A stretch of DNA of 64,000 nucleotides from Hydrurus foetidus (Eukaryota), in NCBI GenBank assembly GCA_900617105.1, contig UYFQ01000032.1, positions 186,001 through 250,000 of the forward strand. The letters are read 5' to 3'. How positions within the stretch are numbered: the stretch's first letter is position 1; every line of letters starts with the position of its first letter. A program made the position numbers and the translations under genes. The notes below the pieces were generated by a model. That model did not search any database, had not been told where the DNA came from, and was given only the letters and a program-made list of their open reading frames with translations. Below, piece by piece: positions 26,993 through 37,214 of the stretch.

Positions 26993-27730
26993 GTGGAATA
27001 TCCGTTAATCGTGCCAGTTGCAATCTATGGCGATGTTTTCCCGCTTTTTCATGTGGTGGAGTCAATGTCCCGGCATGTGGCCAGTGGCTTTGGACGTTCA
27101 CCAACAGGCTTGCATGGGCCAACATTAGATGTTGTGCGACCCAAGCAAAACGCACGCGTTTGGGCCGCTGTTATTGACGGCAAGTTGATAGTGCAAGACA
27201 GCCATGGCATCGTTCTCCAAATTGAGAGATTGAGCCAGATTTCCGAAGTTTGGAAAACAGATTACGACTCCATAGTTGGACAAAAATATCTGGGTGGAAT
27301 CTTCGTCAGCTTGCATGATTTGAATCAGTGGGCTGCAAGCAAAGGCGATGTCTTCACTGTTGTTGAAGCGCAGGTAACGGAGGTGTTTTTCGATTTAACC
27401 GATGCCAATGGTGCTGTTCTTGAGGAAGACTATTACAAGGGATTCGTCAGCACTGGTGAGGTGCAGGCTACGCCATTACCGCCAGAGCAGGAAGCCGCGC
27501 CCGTGGTGCAAGGAAACGAGACAAAAGAGCAACGACAAGACCGCCGCTTGAAGGCTTGCGAAGATGCTGGGCTGTGTTTTAAGGATTACAAAGGGCGCTT
27601 GCCAGATGGCGTTGGTGATGTTGCCGACCGTGAAGGCGTGACCAGACAAGCATTGTCAACGGATGTAAAAGCCGCACTGATCCGCAAGGCGAGCGTACAA
27701 AGGGACGGCGTGACCGTTCACCGTACCTGA
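26993..27730 (+). CDS. Hypothetical protein with possible C-terminal HTH
   Basis: Long ORF (GTG 26987 or 26993 after AAGGAG); VGDVADREGVTRQALSTDV resembles an HTH. Confidence 0.6.
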   Translation: MEYPLIVPVAIYGDVFPLFHVVESMSRHVASGFGRSPTGLHGPTLDVVRPKQNARVWAAVIDGKLIVQDSHGIVLQIERLSQISEVWKTDYDSIVGQKYLGGIFVSLHDLNQWAASKGDVFTVVEAQVTEVFFDLTDANGAVLEEDYYKGFVSTGEVQATPLPPEQEAAPVVQGNETKEQRQDRRLKACEDAGLCFKDYKGRLPDGVGDVADREGVTRQALSTDVKAALIRKASVQRDGVTVHRT

Positions 27731-27876
27731 TGCAAGCGCCTGCAACTGCCTGCATTTGAGCAGGCCGTTTCATTGGTAAATTGAAGATGCAGGGAAGTTG
27801 CAATGTGACTGCATGAATATGCAAGCTAAGTAATCCATATCGCCGTGTCTTTACGGTGATTTTGGAAAGGCTTGCA

Positions 27877-28095
27877 ATGCAAGTAAATGAGCAACAGTTC
27901 CCCGCACTGGAACAAGTCACACGCCCCAACCTGAAAACCGAGGAAGCCGCTTTCTACCTGAACCGCCGCCCGCAGACTTTGCGTTCATGGGCCTGTTTGG
28001 AGAATTTTCCCGAAGGACTGCGCTGCAAGCGCATTGGTGGACTACTGGCTTGGCCTACCGCTGAAGTTAAGGCATTGGCCGGGGTGGCAGTTTGA
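27877..28095 (+). CDS. AlpA/excisionase-type HTH protein
   Basis: LKTEEAAFYLNRRPQTLRSWA...RIGGLLAWP; GGAAAGG RBS. Confidence 0.8.
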   Translation: MQVNEQQFPALEQVTRPNLKTEEAAFYLNRRPQTLRSWACLENFPEGLRCKRIGGLLAWPTAEVKALAGVAV

Positions 28096-28213
28096 ACGCC
28101 CGTCTTTTGGCGCTTACGCAGCGCTTGATTCCCGTTGTACCTTACTTGAATATTCTGTTGATAGGCTGGTTTATCAGCTTGCTTTTGGGTATGGCTATCG
28201 AGGGTGCAAACTA

Positions 28214-28531
28214 ATGGCCGCCGCAAATCTTGCCGCTACAAAGCAAGCCCGCTTCACTGGTACAGACAACCCGCGTCACCTGCGAGCCATCACTGTGCTG
28301 ATGCGCCGCCCTATCAGCCGCCAAGAGCTTGATTCTGTGGCTGGCTGCGCCAATGGGCCCGACCTCATTTCAGCCTTGCGTGATATGGGTTTGACCATCG
28401 TTTGCGACCGGATCAAATTTATTGACCGCGACGGCAACCTGTGCCGCCCTGGAGTCTATTCATTCACAGCCTGCGACCGCCGCAAGGTGCATCAATGGCT
28501 GATCAAGCGTAAGAAAGGTGGTGCTGTATGA
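28214..28531 (+). CDS. Hypothetical winged-HTH protein
   Basis: ISRQELDSVAGCANGPDLISALRDMGL...GVYSF; ATGA-coupled to the next gene. Confidence 0.6.
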   Translation: MAAANLAATKQARFTGTDNPRHLRAITVLMRRPISRQELDSVAGCANGPDLISALRDMGLTIVCDRIKFIDRDGNLCRPGVYSFTACDRRKVHQWLIKRKKGGAV

Positions 28532-29295
28532 GTAAGAACAAGCCATTCAAAGACCCACGGGGGCACAGCTTGCGGATTTACAGCGACGTGTTCGACAGCG
28601 CAGCATTCGCTGCCTTGAGTCCTCATGATGTGCGGGCCTATCTGGCACTGTTGCGCGAGCTAAAAGGCTACAACAACGGTGACTTATCTTTACCCCTGAC
28701 CCGTGCAAAGAAGTGCGGGATTGGGCACCACATGACCCTGGCACGCAGCCTTAGGGCTTTGTGCGCTGTGGGGCTGGTTGCAGTCACGCGCAAAGGTGGC
28801 TGCGCCAAAGGTGGGCAGCGCCTGCCAAACCTGTACCGACTGACAGACCGCGAGTGCTACGCCATCCCAGCGAAGCACCTGGAGGGCATGAAGGAAACCA
28901 ACGAATGGAAGCGCGTAACCAGTGCGCAGCATGGCCTAGACCTGATTGCAGCCGCCGAAGCGGCCGTTAAAGCGCTACCCGAGAAATTAAAAAGCCTAGG
29001 TCACGGCGTGACAGATACCACGTCACCGCGTGACCTAGTAAAGCCAAAAACCACGTCACCGCGTGACACCTGGAATGAAGAACCAGGTCACGGCGTGACT
29101 ATGGCTAAAAAGGCCACAAACCCAGCATCCATGCGGGTTGCAGAAGAGTTTTCATCATCACCCGAAAAGACAAGCCATAGGACACCGCGTGTATCACCTT
29201 TATACATTGCCACCCCTACGGGACAAACAGCCTGCATTCATGGGCATGGCCGCTATCAACGAATGCAGCCCCGCCACTTTGCCACCTTACTTTGA
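28528..29295 (+). CDS. Putative replication initiator (wHTH) with internal iteron-like repeats
   Basis: SAAFAALSPH...NNGDLSL...TLARSLRALCAVGLVAVTRKGG; repeat array in the 3' half. Confidence 0.6.
   Translation: MSKNKPFKDPRGHSLRIYSDVFDSAAFAALSPHDVRAYLALLRELKGYNNGDLSLPLTRAKKCGIGHHMTLARSLRALCAVGLVAVTRKGGCAKGGQRLPNLYRLTDRECYAIPAKHLEGMKETNEWKRVTSAQHGLDLIAAAEAAVKALPEKLKSLGHGVTDTTSPRDLVKPKTTSPRDTWNEEPGHGVTMAKKATNPASMRVAEEFSSSPEKTSHRTPRVSPLYIATPTGQTACIHGHGRYQRMQPRHFATLL
29000..29099. repeat. Four 13-bp quasi-palindromic repeats GTCAC(G/C)GCGTGAC, candidate origin
   Basis: Copies start at 29000, 29022, 29055 and 29087. Confidence 0.8.
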
Positions 29296-29305
29296 AAGCA
29301 AAAAC

Positions 29306-29776
29306 ATGACCACCAAACTTACACACTACCACCTGAGCGCCGAAGAGGTGAACGACGAACACGGTAAGGCCATCATGCTGACTCAGCAGGACGACGACTA
29401 CAACGAGCCTGCCACCGTGCTGGTTCACCCGTGGCAACTGCACGCAGTCTGCGAACAGTTCGGGATCATCACCAGCGACCCGCAGACGGCAAAGACCATC
29501 GCCGCATTGCAGCGCCGCATGGTGAGCCTGCATGAGCGTATAGAAGCCCTTGCCGACTGGATGGCGAAGTACAGCGACCATAAACACGCTGACCTGACCT
29601 ATGAAACAACCCAAATTAACGCACTGGCAGACCTTGCTCGGGAGTGGTGCCACGACTTCGATGAATCGGAACAGGCCGCGCCCCGTGCCCAACTGACCTC
29701 TGAGACAAGTGAGAAGCCACCTGAGTGCAAACCTGCCCCAGCCCCAACCCCAGCCGCACAAGGTTCATTGCTGTGA
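29306..29776 (+). CDS. Hypothetical protein (coiled-coil, Pro-rich tail)
   Basis: ORF starting MTTKLTHY 10 nt after the rep-like gene. Confidence 0.6.
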   Translation: MTTKLTHYHLSAEEVNDEHGKAIMLTQQDDDYNEPATVLVHPWQLHAVCEQFGIITSDPQTAKTIAALQRRMVSLHERIEALADWMAKYSDHKHADLTYETTQINALADLAREWCHDFDESEQAAPRAQLTSETSEKPPECKPAPAPTPAAQGSLL

Positions 29777-30221
29777 ACGACCTGTTCGCGTTGCAGGTGC
29801 GTTTCAGGTGAGGGTGAAGGGTAACTAGAGGCTAGGTTTCCAAAGAAGTTTCCAAGGCAAACGCAGTTTTGTCTGCACTTAGACACTGATGCAAGACGTG
29901 ATGAACTGCGTTATAGCCGTAAGTTATGAGCAACTCAATCAGATGAGGCCATGCCATAAGTTGCAGCCCGTAAGCTGGCAAATTACTGAACAATGCTGAT
30001 ATTTCCTCAGCAGAAAATGCTTACAAATGCTGCTATTTGCGACAAGATTTTGTGGAACTCTCCGTAAGTATTGGAGAGGTGCGCAGAAATCGCAACAGAA
30101 TCATTCAACCTTAAGAGCCTCGGTATGTTTGCAAAGTTGTGATGCTCTTTCGGCGCAAGCGGCAATCTGGATGACAATGTAAGTCACAGAAAAGTGCCGT
30201 CATTCAGGGTGACGCTTAAAT

Positions 30222-31070
30222 ATGGCTTACACCTCATCGCACCGACAAACAAAGCGCAAGTTCAGTGGAAACTTCAATCAAAACGATGGTGTTCCAGGTG
30301 TGGTCTATATTTTGCGCAATAAAGCGTTTAAAGATACCTGGTTAAAAATCGGCTGTTCTCGCAACTCTGGGAGCCAGCGGGCCATGGAGATGAACAGGGA
30401 AGCGTCTACCGGACTCCCCGCGCATCATGTCTGTGTGTACGAGCATAAAACCTTGGATTGTGGAAATGCAGAGAAAGCCATCCACCAAGAACTTGCAGCC
30501 TATAGGAAAGGACGCCAAGAGTTTTTTGAGGTTGATTTCACATTGGCACAGAAGGTAGTCCAAGATTTCTGCGTGCAAATCGACGCAGCAATCACGGATG
30601 AGAATAATCGACTAGAAGAAGTGTCCTGCAATGAGTCCGAGCGACTATCTCGCCATCACGCGGAATGTGCTGTGCAGCAAGAACACGAAAAGCGGGTCGT
30701 GCAGCAATGCATTGCAGAAGAGATTGAACTGCGCAAGCAATCGGACATAGCAAAAATTCAGCGCGATGAGGAAAATATTCGCAACGCCCAATCCGCTAAG
30801 CTGGCTAGTCTTGGTGCAAGAAGAATAGATGAGGTTGAATTTCTTTGTCGCACTCCGCAGTGCGATGAAACACTGGTTGGCAAAGTGAGTTCAGAAGTAG
30901 TATTTAGGAAGTTTCGTTGTCCCCGGTGCTCATCCATTTTTGAATGGCACCGATATCCAAAAGTAGTTCCGCAACCATCCATTTCAGAAGAGGTTCCTCT
31001 TCGCTATGTTCAGGGGGTGAAAAAACGCTCGCGCATGGAGTCCATCATGGCGTGGATTATCAATCGTTGA
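30222..31070 (+). CDS. T5orf172 (GIY-YIG-like) domain protein with coiled coil and C-terminal Zn ribbon
   Basis: GVVYILRN...LKIG...R...E...IHQEL...EFF; C-x4-C...CPRC near the C-terminus. Confidence 0.75.
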   Translation: MAYTSSHRQTKRKFSGNFNQNDGVPGVVYILRNKAFKDTWLKIGCSRNSGSQRAMEMNREASTGLPAHHVCVYEHKTLDCGNAEKAIHQELAAYRKGRQEFFEVDFTLAQKVVQDFCVQIDAAITDENNRLEEVSCNESERLSRHHAECAVQQEHEKRVVQQCIAEEIELRKQSDIAKIQRDEENIRNAQSAKLASLGARRIDEVEFLCRTPQCDETLVGKVSSEVVFRKFRCPRCSSIFEWHRYPKVVPQPSISEEVPLRYVQGVKKRSRMESIMAWIINR

Positions 31071-31271
31071 TTAATGACGAAGACTACGTGATGGCAAATG
31101 CACCCAGTGGCCGCAAAGATTGATGCAAAGACAAATGCAAATTAACCAATAGCAAGTAGCCCAAAAACGGAACAGTTCCAAATACTGGCTTGTTCACGTA
31201 GATGTATCAGCACGGCCACTGTGTCGGGTTTGCTGTTTATGGGCTGGGAGACGGTACAAAACCATGTACTG

Positions 31272-31293
31272 GTGGCTACATGGTGGCTACATG
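31272..31293 (+). repeat. Putative integrase arm-type sites (2 x GTGGCTACATG)
   Basis: Identical to 24801-24822. Confidence 0.75.
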
Positions 31294-31304
31294 ACCCACA
31301 AAGT

Positions 31305-31338
31305 AAAAAAGTTCGCTACCGTATTGATAGCGAACTTT
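31305..31338 (-). terminator. Element-supplied terminator for tRNA-Thr
   Basis: AAAGTTCGCTA...TAGCGAACTTT stem with a T-run on the minus strand just after the tRNA 3' end. Confidence 0.75.
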
Positions 31339-31350
31339 CTATATCTGACG

Positions 31351-31426
31351 TGGTGCCGGAGAGATGAATCGAACACCCGACCTTCTCATTACGAATGAGC
31401 TGCTCTACCGACTGAGCTACACCGGC
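31351..31426 (-). tRNA. tRNA-Thr (anticodon CGT)
   Basis: GCCGGTGTAGCTCAGTCGGTAGAGCAGCTCATTCGTAATGAGAAGGTCGGGTGTTCGATTCATCTCTCCGGCACCA, 76 nt with encoded CCA. Confidence 0.96.
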
Positions 31427-31440
31427 ACATTAGCCTCAGA

Positions 31441-32448
31441 TTATAGCCCGGTGTGGTAGCTGGTCGCGCGCTCTACTTCATTTTTCGAGCCCAAAATCAC
31501 ACTCACACGCTCGTGCAGCTTGGTGGGCACGATGTCCATGATGCGCTCGCGGCCGTTGGTGGATGCACCGCCGGCTTGCTCGATCAGCCAGCTCATGGGG
31601 TTGGCTTCGTACATCAGGCGCAGTTTGCCGGGTTTGCCAGGTTCGCGTTTGTCCCAGGGGTACAAAAACACGCCGCCACGGGTGAGGATGCGGTGAACGT
31701 CGGCGACCATGCTGGCGATCCAGCGCATGTTGAAGTTTTTACCGCGTGGGCCTTCGGTGCCTTGCAGGCATTCGTCGATGTAGCGCTTCACGGGCTCGTC
31801 CCAGTGGCGCATGTTGCTCATGTTGATGGCGAACTCTTGGGTGTCTTCGGGGATTTTGACGTTTTCTTGCGTCAGCACGAACGAGCCTTGTTCGCGGTCA
31901 AGCGTGAACATCGCTACACCATCGCCCACGGTCAGCACCAGGGTGGTTTGGGGGCCGTAGACGCAGTAGCCTGCGGCGACTTGTTTGGCTCCAGCTTGCA
32001 AAAAGTCCTCTTCGGTGACACCGGGCTGGTCACTTTGCTTTTTCAGCACGCTGAAGATGGTGCCGATGCTGACGTTCACGTCAATGTTGCTGGAGCCGTC
32101 CAAAGGGTCAAACAGCAGCAGGTATTCGCCTTGCGGGTAGCGGTTAGGCACGACGTAGATGCTGTCCATCTCTTCGCTGGCCATCGCGGCGAGGTGGCCA
32201 CCCCATTCGTTGGCTTCGATCAGCACCTCGTTGGCGATGATGTCGAGCTTCTTTTGGATTTCACCTTGCACGTTTTCGCTCTCAGCAGCGCCGAGCACGC
32301 CCCCTAAAGCGCCTTTGTTCACGGCTTGGCTGATGCTTTTACAGGCACGGGCGACCACTTCGAGCAGCAAGCGCAGTTGCGAAGGGATGAGGCCATCGAC
32401 GCGCTGTTGCTCAACCAGATAACGGGTCAGGGAAATTTTGGCGGACAT
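31441..32448 (-). CDS. fbp: Class 1 fructose-1,6-bisphosphatase
   Basis: [22 protein letters not shown]. Confidence 0.96.
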   Translation of the reverse strand: MSAKISLTRYLVEQQRVDGLIPSQLRLLLEVVARACKSISQAVNKGALGGVLGAAESENVQGEIQKKLDIIANEVLIEANEWGGHLAAMASEEMDSIYVVPNRYPQGEYLLLFDPLDGSSNIDVNVSIGTIFSVLKKQSDQPGVTEEDFLQAGAKQVAAGYCVYGPQTTLVLTVGDGVAMFTLDREQGSFVLTQENVKIPEDTQEFAINMSNMRHWDEPVKRYIDECLQGTEGPRGKNFNMRWIASMVADVHRILTRGGVFLYPWDKREPGKPGKLRLMYEANPMSWLIEQAGGASTNGRERIMDIVPTKLHERVSVILGSKNEVERATSYHTGL

Positions 32449-32516
32449 AAGGATTCCTTGGGGTTCAGTGAAGCTGAATTGAATGTGTTGTATACATGTT
32501 GCGCACGGACAGCGAA

Positions 32517-35261
32517 CTAGTCGGACAAAGCCCGCGAGACGACTTCACGCACGTCGTTGCTCAAATCGGCTTTGGCGGCCACGCGGGCAATGGCTTCGCG
32601 GGCGGCGCTGCGGTAGGGCTCTGCGAGCTTCTTCCAGCGGTCAAGCGCACGGGCGAGGCGGGCGGCGACTTGCGGGTTGATGCCATCCAGCTCGATCACG
32701 CGCTCGCTCCAGAAGACATAACCTGCCGCGTCTTTGCGGTGGAAAGCCCCAGGGTTGGCACTGCAATAGCTGAAGATCACACTTCGAGCGCGGTTCGGGT
32801 TGCGGATGCTGAAGTCCGGGTGGGCCATCAACTGGCGCACCACAGGCAAAATGTTGCCGCCCTTGTCGGGCGCACCGGCTTGCAGACTGAACCACTTGTC
32901 CATCACCAGCGCTTCGTCTTTGAACAAGGCGTTGAAGCGCTCCAACGCAGGCACGGCCAGCGCGTGGTTGCTGCTGATGAGTGCCCGCAACGCATTGAAG
33001 CGGTCGGTCATGTTGCTGGCATCTTTGAAGCACTGGTAAGCCCGCCCAGGCCACACCGTATCGCCAGAGACGCACGCCGCGAAGCACAGGTAGGTGAGTG
33101 CCATGCCGGTGAGAGAGCGTCTGCCCGCTGAACGCGCATCGGGACTGTAGGCGCAAGTGTCTTGGTGGGCTTCAAATGCCCATTCCCAATCGGCAAACAG
33201 CCCAGTGGCCAGCTCTTCGCGCATGCGTTCGCGCACCGTGTGGATGCGCTGCGGGTCTACCACGGGCAATTGTTCGGCCAGATACGTTGAATCAGGCAGG
33301 GTCAGCACCAGCTCTTTGAAAGCGGCGTCGAGCGACGGGTCACGCAGCACGCGCTTCAAGGCTTGCAGGCAAGCGTCGTCGAACACGGGGCCGTCATGGT
33401 CAGCGTTGATCGCCGCCAAGGCCGCCGTGATCGCCAGACGTTGACCGGCTTCCCAGCGGTTGAAAGGGTCCGTGTCGTGCGCCAGCAGCGTCAACAGTTG
33501 GGCGCGTGTGTAGTTGAAGTCCAGCACCACCGGGGCGCTGAAGCCGCGCAAGATGGACGGCACAGGCTCGGCGTCCACGTTGATGAAGGTCAGCGTTTCC
33601 AGACCTTGCGTCAGCACAAAGTTTTGTGCCGTGGTCTGCGCTTGCGGCCAGTGTGCCAACTGCAAGGGCAGCTCTGCGCCTTGCTGCGACAGCAAACCTA
33701 AAGCGACGGGAATCACAAACGGGTACTTCACCGCCTGCCCCGGCGTGGCCGCACAGGTTTGGCTGAAAGTCAGGGTGTAGGTACGGGCCGCAGCGTCATA
33801 AACACCCGAGGCTGCCACATGCGGCGTGCCAGCTTGGCCGTACCAGCGCTTGAACTGCGGCAGCAGGCGGGCCATGTCGGAGCCAGGGCTGGCATCGGCA
33901 ATGGCCTGTGCAAAATCGTCGCACGTCACTGCTTGGCCGTCATGGCGCTCAAAGTACAGTGCCATGCCTTTGGCAAAGCCCTGTTTGCCTGTCACACCTG
34001 TGACCGCATCGGCGGCCAGTGTTTGCATCATGCGAACGACTTCAGCACCTTTTTCGTAGATGGTGACGGTGTAGAAGTTGTTGATTTCGATGTAGCTGTC
34101 AGGCCGCACCGGGTGGGCCATTGGGCCAGCGTCTTCGGGGAACTGGGCGGTGCGTAACACGCGAACGTCCTCAATGCGTTTGACGGCCCGGGCGCTGGGG
34201 TCAAAACACAAATCTTGGCTGAATTCCTGGTCACGGAAGACGGTGAGGCCTTCTTTCAAACTCAGCTGGAACCAGTCGCGGCAGGTCACGCGGTTGCCTG
34301 TCCAGTTGTGGAAATACTCATGGCCCACCACCGATTCGACATTCGCAAAATCGGTGTCCGTGGCGGTGGCCTGGCTGGCCAGCACGAACTTGGTGTTGAA
34401 AATGTTCAGCCCCTTGTTTTCCATCGCACCCATGTTGAAGTCGCTGGTGGCGACGATCATGAAGCGCTCTAAATCTAGGCTCAGGTTGAAGCGCGATTCG
34501 TCCCAGGCGATGGAGGCCATCAGCGAATTCATTGCGTGCTCGGTCTTGTCCATGTCGCCGGGGCGCACATAGATTTGCAGCAGATGGTTGTGGCCTTTGA
34601 GCGAACGAATCCGCTGCTCACGGCACACCAGCTGGCCCGCCACCAGCGCGAACAAATAACAGGGCTTTTTGTGCGGGTCTACCCACTTGGCAAAATGGCG
34701 GCCTTCGTTGCCAGCACCTTCCAGCGGGCCGTGCTCCACTAGGTTGCCGTTAGACAGCAGCACCGGGTACTGCGCCTTGTCAGCACGCAGCGTCACGCTG
34801 TAGCTGGACATCACATCCGGACGGTCTAGGAAGTAAGTGATGCGGCGAAAGCCCTCAGCCTCGCACTGGGTGAAAAAGGTGTCGTTGCTGACGAACAGCC
34901 CCATCAGCTTTGTGTTCTTGACAGGTGCGCAGGTGGTGAAGATTTCCAGCTCGAAAGGCTCAGTATCCGCAGGCAGGTTCTCCAGCACCAGCTGGTTGCC
35001 GTCCATCTTGAACGACGAGCCTTGGCCGTTGACCAGCACACGCGCCAAGTTCAGCTCATCGCCGTCCAAACGCAGCGCTTGCGGAGCCACGTCCGGATTG
35101 CGGCGCAGCGTCATTTTGTTGAGCACGCGGGTTTTGGCCGGGTCAAGGTCAAAACACAAATCAACCGTGTCAATCCAGAAAGCCGGTGCGGTGTAAGCCT
35201 CACGGCGCACCACATGGGCTGCGGGTAGACCGCCCGATTGGTCGTTAAGCAGATAAAGCAT
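32517..35261 (-). CDS. pepN: Aminopeptidase N
   Basis: [26 protein letters not shown]...E; exact start uncertain. Confidence 0.95.
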   Translation of the reverse strand: MLYLLNDQSGGLPAAHVVRREAYTAPAFWIDTVDLCFDLDPAKTRVLNKMTLRRNPDVAPQALRLDGDELNLARVLVNGQGSSFKMDGNQLVLENLPADTEPFELEIFTTCAPVKNTKLMGLFVSNDTFFTQCEAEGFRRITYFLDRPDVMSSYSVTLRADKAQYPVLLSNGNLVEHGPLEGAGNEGRHFAKWVDPHKKPCYLFALVAGQLVCREQRIRSLKGHNHLLQIYVRPGDMDKTEHAMNSLMASIAWDESRFNLSLDLERFMIVATSDFNMGAMENKGLNIFNTKFVLASQATATDTDFANVESVVGHEYFHNWTGNRVTCRDWFQLSLKEGLTVFRDQEFSQDLCFDPSARAVKRIEDVRVLRTAQFPEDAGPMAHPVRPDSYIEINNFYTVTIYEKGAEVVRMMQTLAADAVTGVTGKQGFAKGMALYFERHDGQAVTCDDFAQAIADASPGSDMARLLPQFKRWYGQAGTPHVAASGVYDAAARTYTLTFSQTCAATPGQAVKYPFVIPVALGLLSQQGAELPLQLAHWPQAQTTAQNFVLTQGLETLTFINVDAEPVPSILRGFSAPVVLDFNYTRAQLLTLLAHDTDPFNRWEAGQRLAITAALAAINADHDGPVFDDACLQALKRVLRDPSLDAAFKELVLTLPDSTYLAEQLPVVDPQRIHTVRERMREELATGLFADWEWAFEAHQDTCAYSPDARSAGRRSLTGMALTYLCFAACVSGDTVWPGRAYQCFKDASNMTDRFNALRALISSNHALAVPALERFNALFKDEALVMDKWFSLQAGAPDKGGNILPVVRQLMAHPDFSIRNPNRARSVIFSYCSANPGAFHRKDAAGYVFWSERVIELDGINPQVAARLARALDRWKKLAEPYRSAAREAIARVAAKADLSNDVREVVSRALSD

Positions 35262-35928
35262 TCAGCTTCTCCAGAAAGTGGGTTTCAAGCAATTCGGTGT
35301 AATCAGCGACCGCAGCAATCACATGCGGCCCCGCCAGCTCAGTGGCACTGTGCGTGGTACACAGCGCCACAGCCCGCATCCCGGCGCGGCGGGCGGCTTC
35401 GATGCCGAAAGGGGCATCTTCAAAGACAATAGAAGCCTTAGCGCTTATGCATAGGCGTTTAGCTGCTTCCAAAAATATAGCAGGATCGGGCTTTCCAGCC
35501 AAGCCCTCGTCACCCCCAACGATGGCATCCGGTGCTGTGAGCAGCTTCAGGCGCGACATCACAAATTCAATGTTGTGTTTGTCCCCAGCGGTGCCCACGC
35601 CGATCTTCAAACCCTTGGCACGGGCAAGGGTGGCAAAGGTGGTGAAGCCGCGCACTTCGGCAAACTTGGGGGCGTAGAGGTCGCGGTAGATGATTTCTTT
35701 CTCGCCAATCAAGCGCAAACCGTCGGCTTCACTCAACTGTTGACCAAACAGCTCACGCATGCATTCCACGCCATTGCGCCCCGTGGTGCGGCGCATGATC
35801 TCGGCCAGACTCATCGTGATGCCATGACGCTGAGCAAAAACGACCCAGCTTTCGCCGTGGGTGGGCATGGAATCGACGATGGTGCCATCCATGTCGAAGA
35901 TGAGGGCTTGGGTCGCAGTTGTTGTCAT
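35245..35928 (-). CDS. HAD-superfamily phosphatase (beta-PGM-like)
   Basis: [22 protein letters not shown]. Confidence 0.9.
   Translation of the reverse strand: MTTTATQALIFDMDGTIVDSMPTHGESWVVFAQRHGITMSLAEIMRRTTGRNGVECMRELFGQQLSEADGLRLIGEKEIIYRDLYAPKFAEVRGFTTFATLARAKGLKIGVGTAGDKHNIEFVMSRLKLLTAPDAIVGGDEGLAGKPDPAIFLEAAKRLCISAKASIVFEDAPFGIEAARRAGMRAVALCTTHSATELAGPHVIAAVADYTELLETHFLEKLNALSA
35441..35482 (-). repeat. Intragenic 42-bp bipartite motif, copy in HAD gene
   Basis: TGCT-ATATTTTTGGA-AGCA-GCTAA-ACG-CCTATGCATAA-GCGC followed by TAAGGC. Confidence 0.7.
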
Positions 35929-37029
35929 ACGCCTTGTTTCAACGAAGCCTCAATGAAAATATCCAAATCCCCGTCCAGCACTTTCTGCGTCGCCGAGACT
36001 TCCACGTTGGTGCGCAAATCCTTTATGCGACTGTTATCCAACACATAAGAGCGGATCTGGTGGCCCCAGCCCACGTCGGTTTTGGTGTCTTCCAGCTTTT
36101 GCTGGGCTTCTTGCTGTTTGCGCAGTTCGAAGTCGTACAGGCGGCTGCGCAGGCGCTTCCAGGCGACATCGCGGTTGCTATGTTGGCTGCGGCCATCTTG
36201 GCACTGCACCACGATGCCGGTGGGCAAGTGGGTCAGGCGCACAGCGGAATCGGTTTTGTTAATGTGCTGACCACCCGCGCCGCTGGCACGGAAGGTATCG
36301 GTACGTACATCGCTGGGGTTGATGTCGATCTCGATCGAGTCATCAATCTCGGGGTACACGAACACGCTGGCGAAGCTGGTGTGGCGGCCACCGGACGAGT
36401 CGAACGGGCTTTTGCGCACCAGGCGGTGAACGCCGGTTTCGGTGCGCAGCAGGCCAAAGGCGTATTCGCCTTCGATCTTGATGGTCGCGCCTTTGATGCC
36501 TGCGGTATCGCCCGGCGATTCGTCTTCCACCGTGGTTTTGAAGCCTTTACGCTCGGCGTACTTGAGGTACTGGCGCAACAACATGCTGGCCCAGTCGCAG
36601 GCCTCGGTGCCACCAGCACCGGCTTGGATATCCAAAAAGCAGGGCAGCGGGTCAGCCGGATTGTTGAACATGCGGCGGAATTCGAGCTGCTCGATTTCTT
36701 TGGCGAGTTTTTGGGTCTCGACTTCAATTGTCAGCAGGCCGTCTTCGTCACCCTCGGCCTTACTCATGTCGTAGAGCTCCAGGTTGTCAGCGAGTTCGGT
36801 GGTCAGCTTGGTGAGCAGCGAGACGGTGCTGTCGAGCAGTTTTTGCTCGCGGCCCAGCTCTTGGGCTTTTTTGGAATCGTTCCAGACTGTGGGGTCTTCG
36901 AGCGAGGCGTTGACGGTTCTCAGGCGTTCGGCTTTGGCATCGTAGTCAAAGATACCCCCGTAAATCGACCGTCCTGACGGACAGGTCGTTCAATTGGGTG
37001 CCGATTTGGTTGATGTGTTCTGCGTCCAT
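35925..37029 (-). CDS. prfB: Peptide chain release factor 2 with programmed +1 frameshift
   Basis: 27 codons ([10 protein letters not shown]...LRGYL), then CTT-TGA-C at 36951-36945, then a 341-codon frame containing SPF and GGQ. Confidence 0.96.
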
Positions 37030-37214
37030 GAGGGAATTCCGGTAAGGTTGCTGGCCAGAGAGGTCTGACCCATGCCGACTGAAGGCGGCTGCATAACCGG
37101 GCATTTTCTCATGTAAGCGTGGCGGACATTTTTCGTGGCTATTTAAAGATGAGGACGAGATTTATAGCGCCTTCAAGTTGCCATGCGCCCTGCAAAGGAG
37201 AGCCACCCAACCAG

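Larger units (their letters stand above)
24615..31398. mobile_element. ~6.8 kb integrative element (phage-satellite-like) inserted in tRNA-Thr(CGT)
   Basis: 59-bp direct repeats at both ends, tyrosine integrase, AlpA-type gene, rep-like gene with repeats, TA module, AT-richer cargo. Confidence 0.92.

Noticed and set aside
29000..29099. CRISPR-like array
   Set aside because: The repeats are 13-18 bp with short uneven spacers, lie inside an ORF, and no cas genes are present
35925..37029. prfB as a frameshifted pseudogene
   Set aside because: The break is the canonical CTT-TGA-C programmed frameshift with an upstream SD-like sequence
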